Part shown: piece by piece, positions 11,160-21,005 of the stretch
How the letters are laid out: the number at the start of each line of letters is the position of its first letter
Position numbering within the stretch: the stretch's first letter is position 1
Source of the DNA: an uncultured delta proteobacterium
GTDB lineage: Bacteria > Desulfobacterota > Desulfobacteria > Desulfobacterales > SG8-13
Direction of reading: 5' to 3'
Assembly (NCBI GenBank): GCA_963848135.1
Contig: CAWKCK010000017.1
Coordinates: forward strand, 1,024,538 to 1,088,537
Length of the DNA stretch: 64,000 bases
Position numbers and translations under genes: made by a program
The notes under the pieces: model-generated
The model's database searches: none
Seen by the model: only the letters and a program-made list of their open reading frames with translations
What the model was told of the DNA's origin: nothing

Positions 11160-12057
11160 CTACCATGTCGATTTGAGAAGTCCTTTGGGGCGGAACAGCA
11201 GGACGATCACCACCGCCACATAGGGAAATACAATGGCGAACTGCGGCCACATCAGAATGCCGATGGAATCGGTCAGGCCGAAGATCAGGGCGCCGAGCAG
11301 GGCACCCCAGATGTTGCCCAGTCCGCCGATAATGACGATCAGAAATGCCTCGATAATGATCGAATGATCCATGCCCTGGGTGATGTTCTGCGTGGGCGCG
11401 ACCAGGGCCCCGCCCAGCCCAGCCAAGTAGCAGCCAATGACGAAGACGGCGGCGAATACCCAGCTCACGTTGATCCCGACGGCACCGACCATCTCACGGT
11501 CCACGGCAGCGGCCCGGGCGATCTTGCCGATCTTGGTCCGGTTGGTGAGGAACCACAGGCCAGCAGCAACGACGGGCCCGACGATCAGCAGGAACAGATT
11601 ATACCGGGGAAACGGCAGTCCCTTTGATCGAAAAGGACCCTTGTAGAAATTCGGGCGCCGTCAGGCTGCGGTAATCCGAACCCCAGATCAGCTTTACCAG
11701 ATCCCCGAAGACCAAAGTCAAGGAGAAGGTGAAAAGCAGCAGCATGAGATGTTCGCGCTCGTACAGATGGCAGAACAGGCCGCGCTCGACGAGAAAGCTT
11801 ATCAGCGCCACGACCAGCGGCGCCACGACCAGGGCGATAAAAAATCCGGCGGCACTCTGTCCGAAAACGGTGGCGACCGTGTAGGTCACAAAGGCGCCGA
11901 TCATGTAGAGCGAGCCGTGGGCCACGTTGGGGATCCGCAACACCCCGAGAACCAGGCTGAGGCCTGAAGCCACGATAAACAGGATCGTCGTTCGGCTAAG
12001 GCCGACCAGGACCTGCTGCATCAGCGCCGAAAAGGTGACAGTAGCGGAAAATTCCAT
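11160..12057 (-). CDS. livH: Liv-type ABC transporter permease (LivH-like), one +1 frameshift near 11625
   Basis: ASGLSLVLGVLRIPNVAHG and IIGGLG...RPKGL halves; extra A in ATCAAAGGGA. Confidence 0.88.
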
Positions 12058-12168
12058 GCAGATCGCTATCTCGGAATCTTGTGTTCCCGCAGACGAAAAT
12101 GTGTGCGGGAACTGAATTTAATATTTTCGATGACGCAATACGCCTGATGGTGTTCATCCAGCAACGGG

Positions 12169-13377
12169 CTATTTACGTGATTCGGCAATCTCCTCACAGC
12201 TCGGCATCACCTCCTCGCCGGGAATCGTGACGATATCCGTGGCTATCAGAAAGTCATAGCCGGCCACCTTCTTGGTCACGCCCATGAACATGGGCAACGT
12301 TGTCTGATGGTCGCAGGCGCGCATGGTCACCGGACCGACGGGGCTATCCACGGTCAGTCCTTCGACCGCATCGATGAACGCTTCGGTCTTGGCCTTGCCG
12401 GCTTTCAGGTAACCCTGGGAAATCAGCCTGGCAGCCAGCACGCCGTAGAGGGCACCCACGGCCGGTTCGCGGTTGTAGGCCTGTTTGAACTCAGCGACGA
12501 ACTGTTTGTTGGCCTCGTTTTCCGGAAAGTAGAAGAAGTAGTTGGAGGTGCCGATGACGCCCTCGGGGCCGTCGAGCCCCAGGGGCTTCAGGGTGGACAA
12601 TTCGGTAGCCGTGTGCATGAAAAAAGGCATTCGCTCGTTGAAACCGGTGGTCTTGGCCGCCTTTAGAAAGGGCACGCAGTCGCGCCCGCCCGTGGCGATG
12701 ATGACCGCGTCAGGCTGGGCCGAGAGGATGGCCGTGATATAGGGCGTGAAGTCCGGTTCTCCCACCTTCCACCAGGACTGACCCAGCAGTTCCACGTCCG
12801 GACGCAGCTTTTTGAGGTTATCCCACACGCCGTCGGCCAAGGCATGGCCGTATTCATAATCGTCGCCGGCAATCCAATACTTCTTGTAGGGCCGCTTGGC
12901 CAGTCCCACGGCGCCGGCCTTGCCTGCCAGAGCGGTGTTTTCGGTGATGGAGAAGACATACCGATGGCCCTTGGCGCCGGTGATCTTGGCGCTCTTGGAA
13001 AAGGTCGCGAAAAAGGGGATTTTCTCCTTGGCGGCCAGATCGGAGACGGCCAGGGCCAGGGCGCTGTTGATGGTGCCCATCAGGATATCCACATTCTCGC
13101 GGTAGATCAGTTCTTTGGCGGCCGACAGGCCGATATCGACCTTGAACTTGCTGTCCCGGGTGGTGAAGACGATCTTGTGGCCCAGAACGCCGCCGGCGGC
13201 ATTGATCTTGTCGACCTCCAGTTTGAAGGCATCTCTGACGTCGTTTGTGTATGTGGCCGGCGGACCGCTGTAACAGTCGACGATGCCGACCTTGATCTCC
13301 TTTGCCGCCTCGGCGGGAGCGGTGACCAGAACCAGGGCCATTGCCATAGCGACGCAAAACCAGGCAGACGTTTTCAT
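12169..13377 (-). CDS. ABC substrate-binding protein, LivK/Peripla_BP_6 family
   Basis: Signal peptide ending AEA, INAAGGVLG, DYEYG, MRACDHQ; GAGGAGG RBS. Confidence 0.92.
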   Translation of the reverse strand: MKTSAWFCVAMAMALVLVTAPAEAAKEIKVGIVDCYSGPPATYTNDVRDAFKLEVDKINAAGGVLGHKIVFTTRDSKFKVDIGLSAAKELIYRENVDILMGTINSALALAVSDLAAKEKIPFFATFSKSAKITGAKGHRYVFSITENTALAGKAGAVGLAKRPYKKYWIAGDDYEYGHALADGVWDNLKKLRPDVELLGQSWWKVGEPDFTPYITAILSAQPDAVIIATGGRDCVPFLKAAKTTGFNERMPFFMHTATELSTLKPLGLDGPEGVIGTSNYFFYFPENEANKQFVAEFKQAYNREPAVGALYGVLAARLISQGYLKAGKAKTEAFIDAVEGLTVDSPVGPVTMRACDHQTTLPMFMGVTKKVAGYDFLIATDIVTIPGEEVMPSCEEIAESRK

Positions 13378-13651
13378 GTTGAACCTCCTCGTTGAAAGAT
13401 TAGACAAAGAAAGACTGGGGCCGTGAACTGGATGGCAAGAAACAACGCATCTAAAATACCGCAAATCTGTTTTCAGTCAATGGAAAAAATACAGGCTCAA
13501 TTCTCTACGATCACGACCAGCATCACGGCCCGGCGTGGGCCCCGGGAACCAGCGTGACTTCGATATCGGCGGTCTTGTTAGGTCCGGAATCGGTTTTTGA
13601 TTTCAACGATTACTTCCCTCACCGGCTCAAATCAATTCTGGTGGCGGTTGA

Positions 13652-13993
13652 TCATCTCGGCACCCACAGAACCGTACGCGCTTTTTTTGTCATCTCTTTA
13701 GCCAGGTCTTCCACGGGGCCGTATTGCATGCATCCTGCCATGCAATGCTTCACGCAGGCAGGTTCAAGGCCCTGTTTTGTGCGGGGTTTGCACAGGATAC
13801 ACAGCTCCGTGGGAAAGGGAAGGTAGGTGAGGTAGTACTTTCCCTTGGGCAGTTTCTGGACGATCTCGTTGACACGGATGCCCCCCATTCCTGCAGGCCA
13901 GCCATATTCCTGGGCACAGGCTACCTGGCAGGTATGGCATCCGGTGCAGTATTCATAGTCGATCAGGAGGCCGAATTCATGCTTTTTAGCCAT
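13652..13993 (-). CDS. Small 4Fe-4S subunit of molybdopterin oxidoreductase
   Basis: GLLIDYEYCTGCHTCQVAC ... CILC ... PACVKHC; overlaps large-subunit stop. Confidence 0.9.
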   Translation of the reverse strand: MAKKHEFGLLIDYEYCTGCHTCQVACAQEYGWPAGMGGIRVNEIVQKLPKGKYYLTYLPFPTELCILCKPRTKQGLEPACVKHCMAGCMQYGPVEDLAKEMTKKARTVLWVPR

Positions 13994-16436
13994 GGGTCAC
14001 CTCCTCGGGGCTGCATTTGTAGATCCTGCACATGGAATGTTTGATGGGGGCGCCCTGGCCGTCTTTCCCGTGGTGGTTCATGGGGATCAGTTGGTTGATG
14101 TTGGATTCCCACACCCCGAACAGGCTGGGTTCCGCCGCCTCCTTTTCCGGAAACCACCAGCCATGGGATGCCATGATCATCCATTCAGGAACCACGGGCG
14201 TCAGTTTTGCCTTGTACCGGGCCCGCCCCATCCAGTTTTCTATCCACATCCACTCACCGTTGCCGATCCCGTGGCTGGCAGCGGTTTCCGGATGGATCTC
14301 CACCAGCGGATCAGGATCGATCTCCCTCAACCATGGGATATTGCGATGTTCCGAATGGAAGAATGCCGGCGACCGCCTTCCCGTGGAGAGAATCAGGGGA
14401 TAATCTTTGGCCAGGTCAGGCCTGCTGACCGGTGTGAAGGGAGGCTCTTCGTGGTGGGGGACAGGCTCCAGGTCCCATTCTTCCCGGAGGGTGGAATAGA
14501 GTTCAAAAAGGCCTGTCTGGGTTCTGAAGCCCGGTTTCTTATCGGGCCGGAGCAGCCCCTTCTCATGACGCCGGTACGGGCAGCTCGAACTCCCCTCGGG
14601 AGGATAGGCCCATCCCTTTTCCTGGAGTTCCTTGAAGGTCATACCCGAGGGTTTGAGAATATCATCATACAGATCGTAGATGGTCTCATACTCGTACTCG
14701 GGATCAAACCGTTTGGCCAGTTCAAAATTGATTTCCACATCCGGGAGACATTCGTCCACGGTCATGGCTTTGTTGATGCTCTGGAGGGGAACCCACCAGC
14801 TCCTGAAGCTGTCTTTTTCAAGAAAGGTTCCCGCCGGAAGAACCACATCCGCATACTGGGTGGTGGGCGTGTGAAACAGGTCGACGGCAACCACGAAATC
14901 CAATTTTTCCAGGGCCTTTTTCCATCGTTTCGGGTCCATGCCCAGCCCCTGCATGATGCCGGCGGTCTGTATCCACATCCCTTTGATGGGGTAGGGCTTT
15001 TCAGTAAAGATCTGATCCAGGGTCATATCGGTCTGGCAGCGCCAGTAGAACTTGTTCAGGGGCATGAACCGGTCGGCACCGATACGGGGTTTGTCCATCT
15101 CCTTGGTCTTGAGGCGGATGGGTCCGGTGGTGCCCGGCAGGGCGTAGGAGACCACATCAAAGGCAAACCGTGCAAATACGTTTCCGCCGGGGACATCCAG
15201 GTTTCCGGTCAGGGCCCACAGGGCGGTAATCCCGGTCACCAGGGGGGTGAGTGCGGGGGTCATGTCAACGGCAACGCCCCAGTGTATGGACGCCGGTTTG
15301 CTTCTTGCGTATAGCTCTGCCGCCGCCCGGATATCCTTGGCCGGCACCCCGGTGATGGCTTCAACCCTGTCCAGGGGATAGGTGTCAACCTCCCGGCAGA
15401 ATTCGTCCCATGCCGTGTGGCACCGGACGGTGTCACCGTTGGCCAGCACGACTTCCCATTGGCCGGACAGGGCCGGGCTGGCCTGGCTGTCCCGGTAGGC
15501 GATATCGGCCGTATCCCAGATGACCGGCCCGGCGTTTTTTGTATCCCATGCCGCAAAATTGCCATGGGAACCCGTGTCGGCCAGGTCGTCTTCCCTGAGT
15601 AACTTGCCGGTGTCCTCCCGGATCAGATGGGCACCGTTGGTCCACCGCTCAAGGAACTGTTTATCGTAAAGGTCCTGGTTGATGATGACGTTAAGAAATC
15701 CCATGACCAGGGCGGAATCGGTTCCGGGTCTCAATCTCAGGTGGTGTTTTGACCGGGAGGCGAACCAGGACAGTCTGGGATCAATGCAGATGATCTTGGT
15801 GCCTTTTTTCATGAGATCGACAATCCAGTGGCCGAACTGGTTGTCCGGGCACGTGGCATGGATGTTGTAGCCCCAGATAATCATGCACTCCGGGGACGTG
15901 TATCTCGGATCCTTATACCGGTCCGGGAACCACTGGGCGGCGTCAAAAACAGCAAAATCACCCTGGACGGTGATAACGGCGGAAAGGCGGGGCCCGTAAC
16001 AGGCCTGGCCGGAAAGGCCGAACATGACGTTGGGGCTGCCATAGGCATAGGCCAGCATGCAGATCCAGGCATAAATATCCCGGCCTGTGCCCACATTGAA
16101 CACCATGCTCTCCGGCCCGTGTTCCTCCCGGATTTTATTCATCCTTTCTTCAATCAGGTCAAAGGCCTCGGCCCAGGTGATACGCTGCCATTTGCCTTCA
16201 CCGCGCTTGCCGGTGCGTTTGACCGGATACCTCAGCCGGTCCGGGTGATCGACATACTGGGTCATGGCAAGGGCCCTGGCGCACAGGCGTCCCTGGTTCA
16301 TGGGATGGTCGGGATCTCCCTCGATCTTTACCAGTTTCCCGTCCTTAATGTGGGCCAGTACGCCGCAGCCGCCGTGACATCCGGGGCCGGGTGACCAAGT
16401 GGTTGTTTTGACGATGTGGCTTCCTTGATCGTTCAC
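13986..16436 (-). CDS. Bis-MGD molybdopterin oxidoreductase catalytic subunit (acetylene hydratase / catechol dehydroxylase-like clade)
   Basis: WSPGPGCHGGCG, HPDRLRYP, LRPGTD, ADVVLP, FHSEHR, HGWWFPE; GTG start after GGAGG; no Tat signal. Confidence 0.9.
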   Translation of the reverse strand: MNDQGSHIVKTTTWSPGPGCHGGCGVLAHIKDGKLVKIEGDPDHPMNQGRLCARALAMTQYVDHPDRLRYPVKRTGKRGEGKWQRITWAEAFDLIEERMNKIREEHGPESMVFNVGTGRDIYAWICMLAYAYGSPNVMFGLSGQACYGPRLSAVITVQGDFAVFDAAQWFPDRYKDPRYTSPECMIIWGYNIHATCPDNQFGHWIVDLMKKGTKIICIDPRLSWFASRSKHHLRLRPGTDSALVMGFLNVIINQDLYDKQFLERWTNGAHLIREDTGKLLREDDLADTGSHGNFAAWDTKNAGPVIWDTADIAYRDSQASPALSGQWEVVLANGDTVRCHTAWDEFCREVDTYPLDRVEAITGVPAKDIRAAAELYARSKPASIHWGVAVDMTPALTPLVTGITALWALTGNLDVPGGNVFARFAFDVVSYALPGTTGPIRLKTKEMDKPRIGADRFMPLNKFYWRCQTDMTLDQIFTEKPYPIKGMWIQTAGIMQGLGMDPKRWKKALEKLDFVVAVDLFHTPTTQYADVVLPAGTFLEKDSFRSWWVPLQSINKAMTVDECLPDVEINFELAKRFDPEYEYETIYDLYDDILKPSGMTFKELQEKGWAYPPEGSSSCPYRRHEKGLLRPDKKPGFRTQTGLFELYSTLREEWDLEPVPHHEEPPFTPVSRPDLAKDYPLILSTGRRSPAFFHSEHRNIPWLREIDPDPLVEIHPETAASHGIGNGEWMWIENWMGRARYKAKLTPVVPEWMIMASHGWWFPEKEAAEPSLFGVWESNINQLIPMNHHGKDGQGAPIKHSMCRIYKCSPEEVTHG

Positions 16437-16469
16437 TGGAATTTCCTCCAGGCTGGGTGGGTGATACTC

Positions 16470-16545
16470 GATCAATACCAGGGCCGGATCATTTAGTCAA
16501 TAAATGTATTATCAATAAATTGACATTAAATCTATTGATCAATGA
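16470..16545. promoter_or_regulatory. Putative MarR operator region between divergent genes
   Basis: Repeated TCAAT/ATTGA half-sites, e.g. GTCAATAAAT...AATTGAC and TATTGATCAAT. Confidence 0.45.
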
Positions 16546-16603
16546 GCGCCATTGTAATATCGTCGCGCAAATTATTGTGAAAATTCAGACTCTGCTGAAA
16601 ACC

Positions 16604-17071
16604 ATGAACGAGAAGACCAAGACAAACTATGTCAGTGACCTGACCTTTGATGAAAAGGTGATGATGGCGATCGTCAGGGCTGCAGAAAATTTCAAGAGAG
16701 CGCATTCATCCATTTTCAAGAAACACGGACTCTCCTTCCCCCAGTACAATATTCTACGGGTCCTCGATGCATCTGAAAACGGCCGCAATAAAACCAGTGC
16801 TGTCAGCAGGATCATGCTGGTGCCCGGGGCCAACATGACAGGTCTTTCTAAGAGACTCGAAAAGAATGGGTTTATCCTGCGGACACGGGATCCCCAGGAT
16901 GAACGGGTCACCCTGCTTGCCATTACCCGCAAAGGCAGGGATGCCCTGAAGATGATCGAAGATGAAAAAAACGAATCCATTGAAATCATCCTAAATGGAT
17001 TTACCCAGGAGGAAAAACATGACCTCTTGGATAAGATCAAAAAACTGATCAAGTCAACCAGCGCTATATAG
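16604..17071 (+). CDS. MarR family transcriptional regulator
   Basis: GLSFPQYNIL, RLEKNGFI, DPQDERV...ITRKG winged-helix motifs. Confidence 0.92.
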   Translation: MNEKTKTNYVSDLTFDEKVMMAIVRAAENFKRAHSSIFKKHGLSFPQYNILRVLDASENGRNKTSAVSRIMLVPGANMTGLSKRLEKNGFILRTRDPQDERVTLLAITRKGRDALKMIEDEKNESIEIILNGFTQEEKHDLLDKIKKLIKSTSAI

Positions 17072-17224
17072 AAAAATCTGTCATTGTCCAAGAACTTCCC
17101 AAAAGCAACACAGGAAAATTGGTTAAACGGGAGCTTAAAAAGCAGGTAGTATATGACCCAGATTTTAGCAGATAGGCGGGACGTTGATTTTGTTCTACAC
17201 GAGCAGTTTCAGGTCAGTGAATGA
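17071..17224 (+). pseudogene. Remnant: C-terminus of an acyl-CoA synthetase plus N-terminus of an acyl-CoA dehydrogenase
   Basis: KSVIVQELPKSNTGKLVKRELK then ATG at 17153 MTQILADRRDVDFVLHEQFQVSE*. Confidence 0.7.
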
Positions 17225-17347
17225 TTTGGCCAATAGATTATAATAAAGGGTAGTTAGCAGGCAAGATTACACTAACGTACCTGGCAATACCCTGATGTTG
17301 TGCTTACTGATATTAAGCGAAACTTTCAAAAACTCCGAAACCACAAG

Positions 17348-17375
17348 GGCCAACCACAACATATGGCAGTTGGCC
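17348..17375. repeat. 28-bp imperfect palindrome, copy 2
   Basis: GGCCAACCACAACATATGGCAGTTGGCC. Confidence 0.6.
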
Positions 17376-17554
17376 TTTTTCAATTATTTTTATCTCAACT
17401 TTCGGTATTCATAGCCAAATTGTTTTTTGACAAGCCGACACACTGCAGAGCGGTGTCCATAACTGCATCAATAAAGGCCGATGCTGTTTTTTCACAGAAG
17501 TTGCAGAGATTTCTCAATTGATCGTTCGCCAGAATCAAAATTCGATAAAGTGCT

Positions 17555-18667
17555 TCACTGATTCTCTTCCCCATTTTTGAAAACTTCGAGAATCTCATAA
17601 AACGAATTTCTTCGCGCTGGTGTGAAACCGGCCCGGCGAATGATGGTCTTAACTTTTTCCAGGGTAGCGGTCGGCGTGTGTCCGGCCGTGCGCAGGACGT
17701 TCTCTTCGAGCAGCACCCCGCCGAAATCATCGGCGCCGGCCAGAAGGCCGAGCTGGCCTGCCGGCACACTTTCGCTAAACCATGAGGATTGAATGTGGGC
17801 AAAGTTGTCGAGCATCAAGCGCGCCAGCGCAATAATGCGCACATAACGGGCCGGATGCGTCCGGGACGGCACCCGATGGCTAAGCAGAGAGTCTCCCGGT
17901 TTGAAAGACCAGGGAACAAAAGACGTGAATCCCCCGGTCCGGTCCTGCAGTTCACGCAGCTTAAATAAGTGCGCCACGATGTCTTCGTCGGTCTCAACAT
18001 GACCGAACATCATGGTGGCAGTGGTACGAAAGCCGATGTGATGTGCTTTCTCACATACATCGAGCCACTCTTCTGTTGTTGCCTTTCTCTTGGCCACTTC
18101 TTTCCGGACACGTTCTGACAAGATCTCTGCCCCACCGCCGGGTATGGTCCGGATGCCCTCGTCGTAAACCGCCCGGAGGATGTCTTCCACGGGCAATTTT
18201 TCCATCCGGGAAATGAACACATACTCGGCTGGACTGAAAGGGTGAATGTGGATCTGCGGGCACGCTGCCCGAATCGCCCGAATGTAGGCCAGCCAGTCCT
18301 GCAAGCCGACCGCGGGGTTGTGCCCCCCTTGCAGCAACACCGTCGTGGCACCACGGGCGTGTGAAGCCTTGACTCGTTCAGCCAGATCATCCGGGCTGAG
18401 GGTGTAGGCTTCCTCTTGCTGTGCCCGTCTGTAAAAGGCGCAAAAATCGCAACACGTCACACAGATGTTGGTGTAGTTGGGGTTGGTGTCGACCACGAAG
18501 GTCACCACCCGCTGGGGCTGATGACACCTACGCGCCTGGTGAGCCAGGCCCATCAGTTCGCCCATAGGCATCCTTTTGAGCATTTCGAGGGCGTCGCTCC
18601 GCTCATACCGGATGATCTCGACCTTTTCGGCTGTGCGGCCAGGTTTATTATTCTGAAATGCTGACAT
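17555..18667 (-). CDS. mqnC: Cyclic dehypoxanthine futalosine synthase (radical SAM)
   Basis: NPNYTNIC...CDFCAF, LQGGHNP, PGGGAEIL, TATMMFGH, HIQSSW, EENV. Confidence 0.88.
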   Translation of the reverse strand: MSAFQNNKPGRTAEKVEIIRYERSDALEMLKRMPMGELMGLAHQARRCHQPQRVVTFVVDTNPNYTNICVTCCDFCAFYRRAQQEEAYTLSPDDLAERVKASHARGATTVLLQGGHNPAVGLQDWLAYIRAIRAACPQIHIHPFSPAEYVFISRMEKLPVEDILRAVYDEGIRTIPGGGAEILSERVRKEVAKRKATTEEWLDVCEKAHHIGFRTTATMMFGHVETDEDIVAHLFKLRELQDRTGGFTSFVPWSFKPGDSLLSHRVPSRTHPARYVRIIALARLMLDNFAHIQSSWFSESVPAGQLGLLAGADDFGGVLLEENVLRTAGHTPTATLEKVKTIIRRAGFTPARRNSFYEILEVFKNGEENQ

Positions 18668-18679
18668 TGTTGATCCTTG

Positions 18680-19552
18680 CTATCTTGATGATAATCCAGG
18701 CGAACCCAATATGTTTGCATTCGCGGCCGGCAGAACCTCTGAATCGATTTCTGCCCAATAAGAACACGCCGCATCATCGTCGAAATACCGTTTGTACTCG
18801 CTGAGAAATTTCGACTGGCCGGATAGGTCCGATGCGTCGAGCGTCCGACGGATCACCTGGAAATAAGCCGATATTTCAGAAGCGGAAACACCAATGCGGC
18901 GGGCGGATTCAGGCACAGCCTGCTTGACGAGTGCCGGCTCGCGTCTCTGAAACTCTGCCAGCCATTTTTCGAGGGCCTGCCTGGCTGACGTCGGCGCATC
19001 TTTTCTGACAACCCAGCGGGCAAAGACAAACGGAAGGTGGTGAAAGCCATACCACTCGCTGGCAAGATCGGTGACATGGGCGGCATCGGCCGCTACACCG
19101 GCGGCTCTTATGTCGCGCATCCGCATCAGTGCGGCGTCCCCTATCAACAGTTCACCATTGGGACGTTCATCCGTATTGGCCAACTTCGGCAGATTTTCAA
19201 AGCCGTTTCGATACCCGAGCACGAGGAAAAGCAGCCGGATACTCGAAGCCGATTCGGTTGTCAGACGAACGCACGTCCTCGAATCCATCTCGGTCAGAGG
19301 CCGGTCTGTAAAAAACAGCACGCTCATGGATCGCTCGGCAGCGGCAATGCCGAATTTACCGAGGTAATCCGTTATATCGGCAACAGCCGCCAGCCCTCCC
19401 ACAGGAACCGCCGCTGCGATCACGCGCTTATTACACAACGCCACGATGCTATCCCGGGGCACCAAGGGCACAAAACGGCACCCGTCCGGAGGGCCCAACG
19501 CGCGGAAAGGAGCCATGTTGGTATAGGGAATCATGGCAACGGGATGGTTCAA
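18680..19552 (-). CDS. mqnA: Chorismate dehydratase
   Basis: IPYTNMAP, SASS, LLIGDAAL, DLASEW...LPFVFARW; TTG start overlaps mqnE stop. Confidence 0.88.
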   Translation of the reverse strand: MNHPVAMIPYTNMAPFRALGPPDGCRFVPLVPRDSIVALCNKRVIAAAVPVGGLAAVADITDYLGKFGIAAAERSMSVLFFTDRPLTEMDSRTCVRLTTESASSIRLLFLVLGYRNGFENLPKLANTDERPNGELLIGDAALMRMRDIRAAGVAADAAHVTDLASEWYGFHHLPFVFARWVVRKDAPTSARQALEKWLAEFQRREPALVKQAVPESARRIGVSASEISAYFQVIRRTLDASDLSGQSKFLSEYKRYFDDDAACSYWAEIDSEVLPAANANILGSPGLSSR

Positions 19553-20718
19553 GGGTTCGGCTCCTTTTGCCGGGCTCGCTTGGGTGACGGTGGCTCCGAT
19601 GGCGACACGACCGCAGTCCCGCCAGCAATTGTCTTTGGTTCGGCCGCCGAACACTGATTGAATTGCCCGTCACGTTCGACCGGTACGAACCCGGCAATGG
19701 AAACGGTTTCCACCATTCTTTCCCGGGCCAGACCGACCGGCGTCTGGGCACCGGCCAGATGGGCTATTTTCTCCTCGGAAATAGTGCCGTCCATGTCATC
19801 CGCTCCCCAACTCAACCCCGCCGTGGCAGTTTCAACACCGGCCATGGGCCAGTAAGATTTCAGATGCGGTACGTTGTCGATAACCAGACGGGAAATGGCC
19901 AGAACCGCGAGCGTCTCAAGGGGCGTCGGCCCTTCTTCGATGAAACGCTGACCGCCAGGTTGGAAAGCCAGCGGAATGAAACATGAAAACCCACCGGTGT
20001 CGTCCTGGGTGTCGCGCAGAATCAGCATATGTGCAATGCGCTCGGGCCAGTTTTCTCCGAAGCCGAAAAGCATGGTGGCATTGGTCGGTATGTCCATCTC
20101 GTGGGCCAACCGGTGAATTTTGATCCAGTCTTTCGGTCCGATTTTGTTTTTCCAATGCTGCTGCCACAGGCGATCGGAAAAAATTTCAGCCCCTCCGCCC
20201 GGCATGGCATCCATGCCGGCCGCCTTCAGTTCTGCCAGGATCTCTGCCTCACTTCTGCCGCTGGTGCGAGCAAAGTAATCAATTTCCACAGCCGTGTAAG
20301 CCTTGATGTAAAGATCAGGAAACCGCTTCCTCAGTTCGCGCACAAGGGCCAGGTTGCGCGCATACGGCCAAACGCGGTTTAATCCGCCCACGATGTGTAC
20401 TTCGGTCGGCTGCAACCGTTCGACGTTGTCGAGGATTTCATTTTCTTCCATGACATAGGCATGGGGGGCTGTGGGGCTGGCGGCATAATTGCAGAATGTG
20501 CAATTCATGGCGCAGATGTTGGCCGGATTGACATGCATGTTGAATATGTAAGTTGCGCGGTCGCCAAATCGCTGGCGACGGTTTGAAAGTGCAGCTGCAC
20601 CAAGAGCATGCAGACTATCCGGTGTTATGGCTGCCGCCAGAGCCAGGGCTTCATTCCGTGACAGGCGCTCACAACAGGCCCCTTTTTCAATAGCTTTACT
20701 GAATAACGCGTTTTGCAT
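19549..20718 (-). CDS. mqnE: Aminofutalosine synthase (radical SAM)
   Basis: NICAMNCTFC, EVHIVGG, IKAYTAVEI, PGGGAEIF, HLKSYW, EEKIAHLAGA. Confidence 0.88.
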   Translation of the reverse strand: MQNALFSKAIEKGACCERLSRNEALALAAAITPDSLHALGAAALSNRRQRFGDRATYIFNMHVNPANICAMNCTFCNYAASPTAPHAYVMEENEILDNVERLQPTEVHIVGGLNRVWPYARNLALVRELRKRFPDLYIKAYTAVEIDYFARTSGRSEAEILAELKAAGMDAMPGGGAEIFSDRLWQQHWKNKIGPKDWIKIHRLAHEMDIPTNATMLFGFGENWPERIAHMLILRDTQDDTGGFSCFIPLAFQPGGQRFIEEGPTPLETLAVLAISRLVIDNVPHLKSYWPMAGVETATAGLSWGADDMDGTISEEKIAHLAGAQTPVGLARERMVETVSIAGFVPVERDGQFNQCSAAEPKTIAGGTAVVSPSEPPSPKRARQKEPNP

Positions 20719-21005
20719 CGTTTTAGTTCTCTCACCGCCGCTATTCATGCCGGCGTCTGTGATCTCCGCCCGCTGAAAGGGCAGCATCTGATAATTCCCC
20801 TGAGGGGCATGAACAATGTCTCTAACAGTATAAATCCGAAAATATAAGCACGAAATTTGAAACAAACCTAAATGTCAAAATAGCAGTGATCGGGAATTTA
20901 TCACCGGCATCCTGCCCGCCGGATGATCATGCGGACTCAGTCTCAGGTCACGAACGTGGTATTTTTGTTTTTCACGTTTTGGACACTCGGTGAAAAGATT
21001 CCGAT

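Noticed and set aside
9100..11630. Programmed frameshifting or phase variation in liv genes
   Set aside because: Runs are short and all shifts are +1, better explained by sequencing error
12083..12112. Hairpin GTTCCCGCA / TGCGGGAAC between binding protein and permease genes
   Set aside because: Ordinary intercistronic stem-loop of ABC operons
8684..16394. Long plus-strand ORFs (8684-9523, 13992-15314, 15828-16394)
   Set aside because: Antisense shadows of GC-rich minus-strand genes
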